Of a stretch of 64,000 bases of DNA, positions 40,050 through 49,735 are shown piece by piece. This stretch comes from an uncultured virus (IMG/VR IMGVR_UViG_3300018080_000168) (Duplodnaviria; Heunggongvirae; Uroviricota; Caudoviricetes), in IMG/VR virus record IMGVR_UViG_3300018080_000168; one strand, written 5' to 3'. The position numbers and the translations under genes are program-made. Below the pieces are notes generated by a model. It made no database searches. It was not told the DNA's origin and saw only the letters and a program-made list of their open reading frames with translations. Position 1 is the stretch's first letter; each line of letters starts with the position of its first letter.

Positions 40050-40337
40050 CTATTTAGCCTTGAACTTAAAGACTTTTCCAAATCCATGGCCATCAATAGC
40101 TGCATAACAGCCACGTCTTTCGAGCTCTTGCAAGAATTCTTCAGATTTGATTTTGATGTAAGAAGGATTTTCCTTTTTACCAAAACCAACTTTTGTTCCG
40201 CCTTTCAATTGCCATACAAACAGTTTCTTTTCCTTGAGAAACTTGTCCAAGGCTTCTGCGTCTTCGATGACAGTCCATCCGTCATCTCTTGCAAGCTGCA
40301 TCCCATCTGGAAGTTCGAACTTGTAAGTCATTTCCAA
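40050..40337 (-). CDS. Hypothetical protein
   Basis: 95-aa ORF. Confidence 0.55.
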   Translation of the reverse strand: MEMTYKFELPDGMQLARDDGWTVIEDAEALDKFLKEKKLFVWQLKGGTKVGFGKKENPSYIKIKSEEFLQELERRGCYAAIDGHGFGKVFKFKAK

Positions 40338-40381
40338 TCACCGCAACCTTATTGTCCAAAGAAATATATATACTTTTCCTT

Positions 40382-40729
40382 CTATTTTTCCCATTCTGGA
40401 CTTCCTGGTACTACTCCTCCACCAATTTTCTTCCATTTCTTTAAATCTCTCAATTCCTCATTTGCAAGAGACTGGATGTAAAGCCTTACAACTTTGGAAG
40501 CAGGAAACTTTGGGAGATTAGAAGTCTTGTACCAAGCAGTAATTTGCTTCTTACATTCTATACTATCAATATTATATATAGCAGAAATTACATCAATAGC
40601 AGTCGCTGTATCAATATCACTCTTGGCCAATCTTATAAGGAAAGAATATCTTTTTTTAATCTTATTTGGACTTTCTTTACCTCGAATGATTTGTAATGCT
40701 TTGGCATCTCCCAAAAGTCCTTCGGGCAT
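40382..40729 (-). CDS. Hypothetical protein
   Basis: ORF with GGAGG RBS. Confidence 0.5.
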   Translation of the reverse strand: MPEGLLGDAKALQIIRGKESPNKIKKRYSFLIRLAKSDIDTATAIDVISAIYNIDSIECKKQITAWYKTSNLPKFPASKVVRLYIQSLANEELRDLKKWKKIGGGVVPGSPEWEK

Positions 40730-40730
40730 T

Positions 40731-41153
40731 TCATTCCTCCTTCTTTTCCTCACTCTCCAATTCTTTCAGTCTTTCCTTCTTGGCTTTTTCCATAGCCTGC
40801 ATTTGCTTGGCCACTTGCTCTTCTTGCTTTTTCTTGGATTGCTTTTCCAAATCTGTAGCCCAATTCCTGAATTCGTCTATGAGTTCCTTTTCTTCAATGA
40901 ATTTGGCCATCATACCATGCTCATATGCTGCTTTCTGCAAAGCCATTTCATGCTGTGTAACAGCATTCATAGTATTTCTCAAAGTCGAAATCAGATATTG
41001 GGTATTTGCAAGATATTCCTCTGGTCTATCTTTACCAAATTCTAATTCCAATCTCTGCAATCTTTCATCAAAGCCTGTAACCAATCCATCTACTTCTTTA
41101 AGCATCTGTGCTTTTGTCTTCTCCTTCTTCGCCATTCTTATTCCTCCATTCAA
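40731..41153 (-). CDS. Coiled-coil protein
   Basis: E/K/Q-rich helical sequence. Confidence 0.55.
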   Translation of the reverse strand: MNGGIRMAKKEKTKAQMLKEVDGLVTGFDERLQRLELEFGKDRPEEYLANTQYLISTLRNTMNAVTQHEMALQKAAYEHGMMAKFIEEKELIDEFRNWATDLEKQSKKKQEEQVAKQMQAMEKAKKERLKELESEEKKEE

Positions 41154-41469
41154 CTATTACTTCTGAAATGAATTTTGTGATTACTGCCAGGAAGTCTTCA
41201 GCATTTTTTCTGAATTCCTCTTTAGATTCTTCGTCCAGCTCTGAATAGGACTTTGCAAGTAAATCTCTCCAAACATCCATGTTATCCTGTGGGTCCATTA
41301 CATGACAAAGTGGTAACCCTTCCTCCAGCTCCATTTTCTTCCATTTAACCCAATGCCTGAATCCGATTTCAGCCATTTGCTCGAGCAATTCATCAATCGA
41401 TTCTATGATATCAAGAGAAATTCCAAACTCTGATATGAAATTCTGTATTATCATATTTTCATCTAACAT
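41098..41469 (-). CDS. Hypothetical protein
   Basis: GGAGG RBS; SYSELDEESKE motif. Confidence 0.55.
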   Translation of the reverse strand: MLDENMIIQNFISEFGISLDIIESIDELLEQMAEIGFRHWVKWKKMELEEGLPLCHVMDPQDNMDVWRDLLAKSYSELDEESKEEFRKNAEDFLAVITKFISEVIVEWRNKNGEEGEDKSTDA

Positions 41470-41531
41470 TGTAATCCTCCAATCTTGTTTGCATGAACAA
41501 AAAATCGTCCAATGTCAACTGAAAAGCATAC

Positions 41532-41732
41532 TCAATCTTCATCATCATCACCTGCGATAATCTTTATCATGCCCTTCATTTTCATTTTCAGCTCCTCTAA
41601 TTTGTTATGCATTTCAGTCAGCTGTTTATGCAATTCCTCATTCTCTTCAGACAATTTGGAATAGCATTTTTCACATACTGACAAATCGTTTGCACCGCAC
41701 TTATCACACTCTACATGCACATCTAATCCCAT
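41532..41732 (-). CDS. Zn-finger plus coiled-coil protein
   Basis: CDKC..CEKC; GAGGTGA RBS. Confidence 0.55.
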   Translation of the reverse strand: MGLDVHVECDKCGANDLSVCEKCYSKLSEENEELHKQLTEMHNKLEELKMKMKGMIKIIAGDDDED

Positions 41733-43120
41733 GGTACACTCACCTCTTGATTTTCTAAATATTCTTGACCAAGTGGTCCAATCCAAACAACCCAAGATTT
41801 CCCCTTCTTTTTCGATTTTACTATTCCATATTTCAGAAGGTCTTGGTAGAATCTTTTTACACCTGCTTCATTGCTGAACCACCCTCTTTGGACCATTACT
41901 TTTTTCAATTCAGTTACACCAACAACTGTTTCCAAATAAGAAAATGCACCTTTACTTTTCAAATATTTTAACACTTTTTCTGTCTTTTGGAGATTTTTGG
42001 TCTTCATTGGTAACACCGAATAATCATCATTAGTATATCTGTTCACCCAAATAACAGAATCTGCATAAGCAGTTGAAAAAATAGGGAATGCTTTTTTGAC
42101 ATCATCAACAGCAATATCAATGACTTCCCTTTGAGAATCTCTAATAATACTCATTATTGTAGAATATCTAATCAACTGTGTTTCTATATCAAAATATGCT
42201 ATTTTGAACATCCAAGACGGCTTTGGACCATGCATAGCAGAAAAATCCTTGAGACTATGCATACAACTCTTAACATAGTCCATAGTGCTTTCAGAAAGCC
42301 AAAAATCATAATTTCTTTGCCTCAAATATCGCAAATAATTCACAGCCTTTACAAAATTTTTTGGTTTCGGTGATTGTTTGCCTGGTGCATTTGTACCAAA
42401 TCTTTTCGTTGTTTCCTTCTCTGACAAGGGAAAATTCACACATATTATCTGGCTTCTTCTAATATCTCCTTCGGTCATAATTGACATTGGCACTTTCCTT
42501 GCTGGAAATCCTTGAACCAATGTACATTCAGGATAATAAGAGCAGTGGAAAGATTCTGGAATTCTTACCTGTGGCTTGGAAATTTTATTTGTGCCTATCC
42601 TGGATAAAGTTCCACGCAGAAGCTCCCTAATCTTCCTATTTTCACTGCTATCGAATGTGTAAACACTCAAAACTTCGTCCATTATAACGAAATCTGATGA
42701 CAGCTCTCCTGGAAATGGTTCATATTTCCACTTTCCACCCTCCTGCCATTTCTCTGTAGAGCCAATGAGTTGGTCGTAATGCGGTGTAGACTGTCTGAAA
42801 CAAACACTGTAAGGATTTAATCGTGATATTCCTGTCAATATTGCTGATTTGCCACTCCCAGGTTCACCTACAACTGTAAGATTTAGACGCAGCTCATCAT
42901 ATGTTTCCTCACCATGTATCAAATTCCAAGCTTCTAATTTTTCTTCCAAAGGCTCATTCCATTGGATTGGACCTTTCCGCTTACAAGCATTAGCCAATAG
43001 GCTCATACAGGCCACGGATATTGGTCCTATGCTCTGCTTGTTCTTTACCATAGGGAAGGCAGGTAACATCCAAGACAGAACTGTCTGAAAGTCCTGTTTT
43101 GCAAAGTCATCTTTACTCAT
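41723..43120 (-). CDS. Divergent MCM-like AAA+ ATPase (putative replicative helicase)
   Basis: LNLTVVGEPGSGKS, VIMDE, V.VDDVKKA helix, wH-like C-terminus. Confidence 0.55.
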   Translation of the reverse strand: MSKDDFAKQDFQTVLSWMLPAFPMVKNKQSIGPISVACMSLLANACKRKGPIQWNEPLEEKLEAWNLIHGEETYDELRLNLTVVGEPGSGKSAILTGISRLNPYSVCFRQSTPHYDQLIGSTEKWQEGGKWKYEPFPGELSSDFVIMDEVLSVYTFDSSENRKIRELLRGTLSRIGTNKISKPQVRIPESFHCSYYPECTLVQGFPARKVPMSIMTEGDIRRSQIICVNFPLSEKETTKRFGTNAPGKQSPKPKNFVKAVNYLRYLRQRNYDFWLSESTMDYVKSCMHSLKDFSAMHGPKPSWMFKIAYFDIETQLIRYSTIMSIIRDSQREVIDIAVDDVKKAFPIFSTAYADSVIWVNRYTNDDYSVLPMKTKNLQKTEKVLKYLKSKGAFSYLETVVGVTELKKVMVQRGWFSNEAGVKRFYQDLLKYGIVKSKKKGKSWVVWIGPLGQEYLENQEVSVPWD

Positions 43121-43292
43121 CCATTAGCCCTGCCTTCTCAACCAAAGTTCCTTCTGGGTAAATTTCAAGCCGACCTTTCCTCACAAGACAAAGTACATTA
43201 TCGCCTTTGTCTATTCCGAGCTCCTCCAACATGGCAGCAGGAAGATTGATGTAAACTCGAGTCCCTGCTGCCTGTATTTTCCTTTGCTCCAT
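43113..43292 (-). CDS. AbrB/SpoVT-family DNA-binding protein (not in the ORF track)
   Basis: MEQRKIQAAGTRVYINLPAAMLEELGIDKGDNV...LEIYP. Confidence 0.8.
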   Translation of the reverse strand: MEQRKIQAAGTRVYINLPAAMLEELGIDKGDNVLCLVRKGRLEIYPEGTLVEKAGLMDE

Positions 43293-43296
43293 GTTA

Positions 43297-44445
43297 TCAC
43301 TTCAAGGCAAATTTGCCGTCTTTCAATGAAATTTTTCCATTTTTCATAAGCAAATCTATTTGACTTGCTATTTCCATTTCTTTTGCACCAAGCTCGGATA
43401 CGAGTTCAGACGGTGAGTGTGGTCCATCTTTGAGAAGCTCCATTATCTTGTTTTCAAGAGATTCGCCTTCAGGAGCATCAATTGGAGGTTCATCTGCTTC
43501 AATTTCCTCTTGCTCTTCTTGCTCTTCTCCCTCCTCTTCTTCCTCCTCTTCTTCTTCTGGCTCTTCTTCTGGCTCCTCATCTGGTTCTTGCAAATCATAT
43601 AAAAGGTCTACGCAATATGCAAATCCACCAGCACCAAGATTGAAATTCTTGCCAGTCCTTTCCTCTCCGCTTCTATCTGTCCAAGTATTGTCAGATATGC
43701 GACCATACAGCAACATCTCCACACCTGGAACACCGATTTCTCTATTTTCAGCAGAAACTTCATTCAGGAAATTCACCATTTCAGCCCAATCTTGGTCTTT
43801 GACAAATTGGTTGAATTGGTCTATGTCATCTTGAGATGGAAGCAATAATGGTAATACATCCAAATCTCTAACAAAGAATCCTGACCTAACTCCAGAGCGG
43901 AAGTTGACTTTCAGATTAACCTTGTCTGGTGTTACAATGACACCTTCTTTGTCCCAACAACTCACATCAATCAACTCTCCACAAAGAAGAGCATACTCTC
44001 CATCACTACAATCAGAGATTTCTTTCGCTGCTGAAATCAAATCGTCTGGCAAAACTGGAGATGTTTTAACCTTGGACTTGTCTGTAAGGCGATACTCAAC
44101 TTTACCAGTGATTATGTAGGTTGTCTTCTCAACATCTGTAACAGATAGTTTGCATGGATATTCTGGCATATCCTTGTCCATGAAGAATTGAGCTGCTTCC
44201 CCATCCAAAAGCACATTTGCAACTCTTTTATTGTCAAAGTTGTCAAATTGCTTGAGAAAGAATCCCTCAACTTTCTTCAAATTCGTTTGCTGGGTATTCA
44301 GCTCTGTTGCAGCTGCTTTTATTGCCTGTGTTGCTGTTTTTCCCTTGCTCCTGTACTTCTTGATGGTCTTATCGACCTTCTTTTTCCATTCTGCACTTTT
44401 GTCCTTATCCAATAATGCTTGGTATATTCTATCATACGCTTTCAT
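43297..44445 (-). CDS. Putative RPA/SSB-like protein with an acidic linker and a C-terminal winged helix
   Basis: Beta-rich core, poly-E linker, C-terminal wHTH; adjacent to the helicase. Confidence 0.45.
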   Translation of the reverse strand: MKAYDRIYQALLDKDKSAEWKKKVDKTIKKYRSKGKTATQAIKAAATELNTQQTNLKKVEGFFLKQFDNFDNKRVANVLLDGEAAQFFMDKDMPEYPCKLSVTDVEKTTYIITGKVEYRLTDKSKVKTSPVLPDDLISAAKEISDCSDGEYALLCGELIDVSCWDKEGVIVTPDKVNLKVNFRSGVRSGFFVRDLDVLPLLLPSQDDIDQFNQFVKDQDWAEMVNFLNEVSAENREIGVPGVEMLLYGRISDNTWTDRSGEERTGKNFNLGAGGFAYCVDLLYDLQEPDEEPEEEPEEEEEEEEEGEEQEEQEEIEADEPPIDAPEGESLENKIMELLKDGPHSPSELVSELGAKEMEIASQIDLLMKNGKISLKDGKFALK

Positions 44446-44733
44446 TTTCCATTCCTCCTTATTTCTTGATTACATCTACTCTGCATTTTTTGCAAGTAAA
44501 TACCAATTTACCTTTATAGTGTGGCAGTAATTCCATTTTTCTGCCACATTGTGGACAATTAACTTCCGATTTCCAAGTTAATTCCTTTTTCCTAACCATT
44601 TCCCATGCCATTCAATCAGCCCTTGTTGGTGGATACATCTTTGCAGAGCAATATCCCATTTCTCTTATCAAATTTGTAAGTTCTCTACATCTTGGATGGC
44701 TGTAAACCGAATAGGGCAATCTTATTACTTCCA

Positions 44734-45021
44734 TTACTCTTCCTCCGTTGGAATAAAGGCAGCACATCGAGAGCAAACCTTTTTTCCTTTGTGCAAACCG
44801 TATGTCTCTCCTCTTTCAAATATTTTTTCGCAATTAAAGCAGCAACCTTCAGCCACTTTTTTACCTTTCCTGCCATCCAATACAAGTTCAAAATGCTTAC
44901 AAACACAGATGTCCTCTTCCCTTGGATTGAAAGTTATACATTTGCAATTACATTTTTCAGTGATATCCAAATTACATTTCCAACCTATTGGACCCTCATT
45001 AGACGGAATGCGATTAAGCAT
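44734..45021 (-). CDS. Cys-rich protein
   Basis: Multiple CxxC motifs. Confidence 0.5.
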   Translation of the reverse strand: MLNRIPSNEGPIGWKCNLDITEKCNCKCITFNPREEDICVCKHFELVLDGRKGKKVAEGCCFNCEKIFERGETYGLHKGKKVCSRCAAFIPTEEE

Positions 45022-45024
45022 CTT

Positions 45025-45450
45025 CTACCCTCCTGTAATCTTGGCAGAGCATTTTATTGCGTCTTCAACATTTTCGAACAATTCATATTCAACCCACCAT
45101 TTTCGTGGGCATCTGCCAAATCCTCCGATTTCCCTTTCGAATTCATCATCAATTATGAGTATTTCACCCTCACAGAACACTGGATAGTTTATTCCGAAGC
45201 CATCTTCTATTCTATCATCATAAATGACAATACATTCTTTATCATTTTCAAGATGGGGAGCATTGAAACAAACCCACTTGGCCTTCCCACTTTCCTGCAT
45301 ACCTTCAGCCAAATCAACATCGAAGTAGAGTTTGCCATTAATAAGATGCAGCATACCTGTACCAGCAAGATTTCCGTCTCCTGTCTTGGTATCGAAATCA
45401 TATTCTTTACCATTTATCTTTGGAACTTGAGTTATTACACAGAATTTCAT
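45025..45450 (-). CDS. Hypothetical protein
   Basis: 141-aa ORF. Confidence 0.55.
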   Translation of the reverse strand: MKFCVITQVPKINGKEYDFDTKTGDGNLAGTGMLHLINGKLYFDVDLAEGMQESGKAKWVCFNAPHLENDKECIVIYDDRIEDGFGINYPVFCEGEILIIDDEFEREIGGFGRCPRKWWVEYELFENVEDAIKCSAKITGG

Positions 45451-45453
45451 TCA

Positions 45454-45708
45454 TTAGCCTCCTTGTATTTTTTTTACTTCTGCTTGCAATTTTCTAATTT
45501 CCCATTCTGCCTTCTGGTTGGCCAATTGATTGTTCTTTTTGCTTGCACCATTATCAATGCTTCTCCATGCCAGAATAGGAAGTATGAATGCTATTATAAT
45601 TGCACCTTCAAGCCAAAAATAATACACTTCATATAATACGCACAGAAATCCAACAAATAAGGCTGAACTCATTAAAATCGCCTCACCTGTGTTATTCACT
45701 TCGCTCAT
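45454..45708 (-). CDS. Small two-TM membrane protein
   Basis: Two hydrophobic helices. Confidence 0.55.
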   Translation of the reverse strand: MSEVNNTGEAILMSSALFVGFLCVLYEVYYFWLEGAIIIAFILPILAWRSIDNGASKKNNQLANQKAEWEIRKLQAEVKKIQGG

Positions 45709-45906
45709 GCCATTGCCTCCACATCCATATCAGTAATTATATTTTCACTCATTCAATCACCAAATCCTCTACTATATATCGATAATGTGGTTTGCCTGGC
45801 AGAACATATTTTACCCATTTTTTGCCAGGTATTCTTGATATGCCCTTTTCAATTATAATGGCATTAGTTGGTATGTTACTAATGTTGCCATTGCACTTTG
45901 GACACT

Positions 45907-46308
45907 TCATTTGCCTCTCTCCAATGGTGTTCTGTCATCTTTCAATCTTCCCTCTTGAGCCAAAATCGTGAGAACCATGGCAAATAACACCATGTCATCA
46001 CAATCCAAAGATGGAAATACTCTGGATATTTCTTTGCCACAGCCAATACATGTTGTAGTGATTTTACGCAGTGGAATTGTTGGATTGAGAGGATGTTTGT
46101 CATTGTAAGCATGATAATTTTCACCATACGACCATCCACAATTTGTACAAGCAATCGGGATTCGTTTATTTCGGTAAATATCCATTGCAACTTCAGTATT
46201 TTTCAATTTTGCTAATCCGCTAAATCCAACCTCTTTTTTAGATTCTTTTTCAAGTTTTTCAGCGATTCGCTCTTTTTCTTCTTGGCTGCGTCTTGACCAT
46301 CTACTCAT
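45907..46308 (-). CDS. Zn-ribbon protein
   Basis: CTNC...CIGC. Confidence 0.55.
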   Translation of the reverse strand: MSRWSRRSQEEKERIAEKLEKESKKEVGFSGLAKLKNTEVAMDIYRNKRIPIACTNCGWSYGENYHAYNDKHPLNPTIPLRKITTTCIGCGKEISRVFPSLDCDDMVLFAMVLTILAQEGRLKDDRTPLERGK

Positions 46309-46677
46309 TGAGTTTCCTCCTTCTTGTGCCACCAACAATCAAATCCATGAATTGTCCTGCCATCATCCAATTTGATGACTGGGACTTCTGGAATTTCGAA
46401 AGCCATTTCTGTTTTTTCATCTTTGAAGCCAACTATGCAAGTATCAATGATTATACCTTCCCCTATTTTTTGCTCTTTGTTTGGTAGTGCATAACAAACA
46501 ACTGGTGTACCAATTTCCACTTTTTTGCCTCCTCTTAAAACAAGGTCAATATTCTCTTCAAATAGTCCAACAAAGAACAAGTGAATGCAAAGCCAAGCTG
46601 GAAACAGCAAGATTATGGCTAAATCATTTGGCCAAACTATCGTTATGCAAAGAAATATATTTATGACCGACCAAAGT

Positions 46678-46950
46678 CTAATCCAATTCAGCAAATACTC
46701 CCTCCTGTAGCTTGTCCTCACCACTTTTGCGAGTGTACATTTTGTATTCTGTAATCTGTCTCTTTTTCTTCTTTTTTGCTGTAAATTCCACCCAAAGGCC
46801 ACATTTAGAGCATTTGTCATAAAAATTATCTACTTGCCAAAACTCCAAAGTTTGTAAGCTGCAAGGTCCATCTTTGCTTTGGAATCCTTTCAAAATATGG
46901 CCACATTCAGGACATGGCATCTCAAAGAGGATTTCATCAAACATTCCCAC
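46678..46950 (-). CDS. Zn-ribbon protein
   Basis: MGMFD..CPEC..FQSKDGPC..CSKC. Confidence 0.6.
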   Translation of the reverse strand: MGMFDEILFEMPCPECGHILKGFQSKDGPCSLQTLEFWQVDNFYDKCSKCGLWVEFTAKKKKKRQITEYKMYTRKSGEDKLQEGVFAELD

Positions 46951-47750
46951 TAATATCCTCCTCCAATTTCCTCTAAAAAGATTTCATCAGACATGTATGT
47001 AACTCTGTACATACATGATTGGTTTGCTGCTCCATCTCTATCTTTGTCAACAGAAAGTGTCCAAAATTTTGTCCCAATAGAAGCCTCCCAATCTTGAGCA
47101 TCCCATTTATTCTCTATCTTGATTGAGCCAAAATAAAGTAATGCCAAACCTGCATGTTCAACTCCTCGGCCACCTGCTGGACTTTCATACTTGCCTCCTC
47201 CTCTAACTTCGGAAATAGCAAGAACAGGCACAACTCCTGACAATCTTTTGGCCAATTCACCTGTCCACTCTCTCACATCAGCTTCTGGAACTGCTTTTCC
47301 ATGGCCTGTTGGCTGGGCAAGTATAGTGGTAAGAGAATCTACAACAACAAGGTCAGGCTTCATCTCCATAACATATTTCAGGATTGTTTTTACAGCTCTC
47401 GGTGGTCCTGGTCGATAGGACTTCAAGTCAACAGTGTTTATAATGGGTGGATTAGGCTTTGGAGCGTCAAAACTATCTTCTCCGTATATGTATAGTACCT
47501 TTTTCTTTTGCTTGGCAAAATGGCCTGCAATAGTCCTTGCAAACAATGATTTGCCACACCCTCCTGGACCATAAAGAATTACCAAGCCTTCAGGCAATCC
47601 TCCACCTAATGCTTCATCAACACCAGATATGCCTGTTTTTATTCTGTTCGGCTCTCTTCTGGCTTTATTAAGCCTCATTTTAGCCTGTGTCCATTTCACT
47701 TCGTCTTTAACATCACCATCAAATGGCGACCAATTCTTTGGATAACTCAC
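46950..47750 (-). CDS. RecA-superfamily ATPase (RadB/KaiC-like)
   Basis: TGISGVDEALGGGLP, GPGGCGKS, VVVDS, GGRGVEH. Confidence 0.88.
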   Translation of the reverse strand: MSYPKNWSPFDGDVKDEVKWTQAKMRLNKARREPNRIKTGISGVDEALGGGLPEGLVILYGPGGCGKSLFARTIAGHFAKQKKKVLYIYGEDSFDAPKPNPPIINTVDLKSYRPGPPRAVKTILKYVMEMKPDLVVVDSLTTILAQPTGHGKAVPEADVREWTGELAKRLSGVVPVLAISEVRGGGKYESPAGGRGVEHAGLALLYFGSIKIENKWDAQDWEASIGTKFWTLSVDKDRDGAANQSCMYRVTYMSDEIFLEEIGGGY

Positions 47751-47920
47751 TTCTCTTTCCCTCCTACTTCTTCTATCATGTCCTCGACCACCTGGCTATT
47801 CTTTCTGGTATAACAAATTTTGAATTGCACTCATCGCAGCAAGTACCATCTTTATAAGGTCTGGCATTGTGGCCATAACCTTCATAAGATTTCCCGCAGA
47901 TACAGCAATCTCCAGCCAAA

Positions 47921-48238
47921 CTATGCTCCTCCTCCTATGCAATCCGTATGGAAAATTTCACCTTCGATTACAGCTACAACTTCACCCTTTTGTATGGGCT
48001 TTCCACACTTGTGGCAAAGTGTTGTAATGAAAATATCCTTTTCCTGGAAATGCTCTTGAACCTCTTGAAGGACTCCTCGAAAGTGTTCTTGAGCTTCGTT
48101 TCTGAAAGTTTTCAGCTGTTCAGCAACTTCAATCAAAGTTTTTCCCATTGAGGAAAGTAATTCCTCTGTAACATTGCCATTCAAGTCAATACTCAAACTT
48201 CCATCTTTGTCTTTGCTAATTCCTACATCATAATCCAT
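47921..48238 (-). CDS. Zn-finger (LIM-like) protein
   Basis: CHKC...FHTDC; GGAGG RBS. Confidence 0.55.
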   Translation of the reverse strand: MDYDVGISKDKDGSLSIDLNGNVTEELLSSMGKTLIEVAEQLKTFRNEAQEHFRGVLQEVQEHFQEKDIFITTLCHKCGKPIQKGEVVAVIEGEIFHTDCIGGGA

Positions 48239-48436
48239 GTTTTTTCCTCCTATGCTGTTTCTGCAACCAAAAATTGGACTCCTGCTTCTGAATTGAACTG
48301 CCAATCGTCTGGAATGTGAATTATTTCCTCAAGATAATATTTGCCATTTGGCAAATGAATTGTTTTAGTTCCCTCGCTCCCGAATTGTCTTACCATGTCC
48401 TCAAAATTCTCAATGAAATATTTGTCTGCCATTTTA

Positions 48437-49156
48437 TCACCTAATTAATCCCGCTTCTCTCAATTCTTTTATGCTTGCCTTTCTGTATTCAGTATTACAC
48501 TTAACAGTTTTTACCTTGAACCTCTCTCCGTTTCTTTCAAGAATTCCCTTTTGAATAAGATGTTTGATATATGCATCAGCCATTACAACAGCATTGCCAT
48601 TGTAATAATTAGACACTATCTTTCTTACTTCTTTTACAGTGAACTCGTCTCTTCTCAAGGTAATCTCCCTACTGGGATTGTGATAAATGACTTGTTCATC
48701 CACAATTTCAATAGGCTTTCCCAAATCTTTTAGAATAGCATGTTTTTGCTCTTTGAGAGTTTTAGCTCTATCTTTGTATTTGGCCAATGCAGATTTTTTG
48801 CTTTCTAAAGTTGCAATTAACTCTTTTTTGTCTTTCAAGTCTTTTTCTAATTTTCGAATTTCCCAGATATTCTTCTTTATTTGCTCATCCAACTTTTGAA
48901 TTTGGTCATTGAATGCTTCTGTTACTGCTTCAAATTCAAGTGTACGAGTAGGAGCAGAAGCCTTTACACCATCGCCAGATTTTTTAGCTGACTCCAAATC
49001 TATTTTGTTGTAATTCACCCATGCTTGAATTGAGCGAAAGGAAATGCCCTCTTTTTCAGCAATTTCTTTTGCTGTAAGACCTTCCTCTAAAAGTTTCATT
49101 CTTCTTTCGAATTTCTCTTTTTGCTTTCCACCTTTTTGGGTTCTCACATTATTCAC
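48437..49156 (-). CDS. HTH plus coiled-coil plus wH protein
   Basis: GLTAKEIAEKEGISFRSIQAW; first gene after the TATA box. Confidence 0.7.
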   Translation of the reverse strand: MNNVRTQKGGKQKEKFERRMKLLEEGLTAKEIAEKEGISFRSIQAWVNYNKIDLESAKKSGDGVKASAPTRTLEFEAVTEAFNDQIQKLDEQIKKNIWEIRKLEKDLKDKKELIATLESKKSALAKYKDRAKTLKEQKHAILKDLGKPIEIVDEQVIYHNPSREITLRRDEFTVKEVRKIVSNYYNGNAVVMADAYIKHLIQKGILERNGERFKVKTVKCNTEYRKASIKELREAGLIR

Positions 49157-49179
49157 CGAATCCCTAATGTGCGTATTAG

Positions 49180-49195
49180 TATATAAAGGTTTTTG
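49180..49195 (-). promoter_or_regulatory. Archaeal TATA box at the head of the long minus-strand block
   Basis: Minus strand AAAACC-TTTATATA (49180-49187), about 24 nt before the GTG start. Confidence 0.7.
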
Positions 49196-49227
49196 TAAGT
49201 GCCAAGAAGGTTTTAAAGTTATGCAAA

Positions 49228-49255
49228 ATTTACTAAAATGTTTTTTTTAGTAAGT
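49228..49255. repeat. Second 11-6-11 dif-like inverted repeat
   Basis: ATTTACTAAAA-TGTTTT-TTTTAGTAAGT. Confidence 0.8.
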
Positions 49256-49735
49256 CTTATTGGACGCATAAGTTGAAAAACTCCAATGTCATCTTTTTTT
49301 AAAAAGAGTAGATGACTTGCTGTTCTTTTATATACTTTTTGCAAAAATTTTATATACTTTTTGCCATCTTTTTTTTAGAGAGAAAAGATGACTCCAAGGG
49401 GGGGTTATATAAAAAAAATTTTATTTTTTCCAATTGTCAACAGTTACAGCAGTTACGCCTCCCTACACTTGTATGCATGTGGGCGTGTAGAGACAAATAA
49501 AAAATTAACTAATTCTCTTTAATATAATATTCTATTATAATATGTTACAATAATAAGATATATTTACTACTTTCTCAAACTATTCTTTTTTATTTATTCT
49601 AATGTAAGTAACTGCTGTAACCATTGAGTTACATTGGAGAGTAAATCCATCTACCTCGCAAAAGTTCATCCAATGTTTCAAAAAATCCGTAAAAAAGCGT
49701 AACTGTTGAAGTAAAATATTAACATTTTAGTAAGT
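49256..49735. other. Candidate replication origin
   Basis: 17-bp direct repeat at 49326 and 49348; 14-bp inverted repeat at 49443-49456 / 49608-49621 flanking an AT-rich core; G7 tract. Confidence 0.5.

Noticed and set aside
44692..45636. 314-aa plus-strand ORF
   Set aside because: Antisense to three well-formed minus-strand genes; F/I/S-rich shadow composition
46950..47750. Genome-packaging ATPase
   Set aside because: Motifs match RadB/KaiC-like RecA ATPases and it lies in the replication block, not the structural operon
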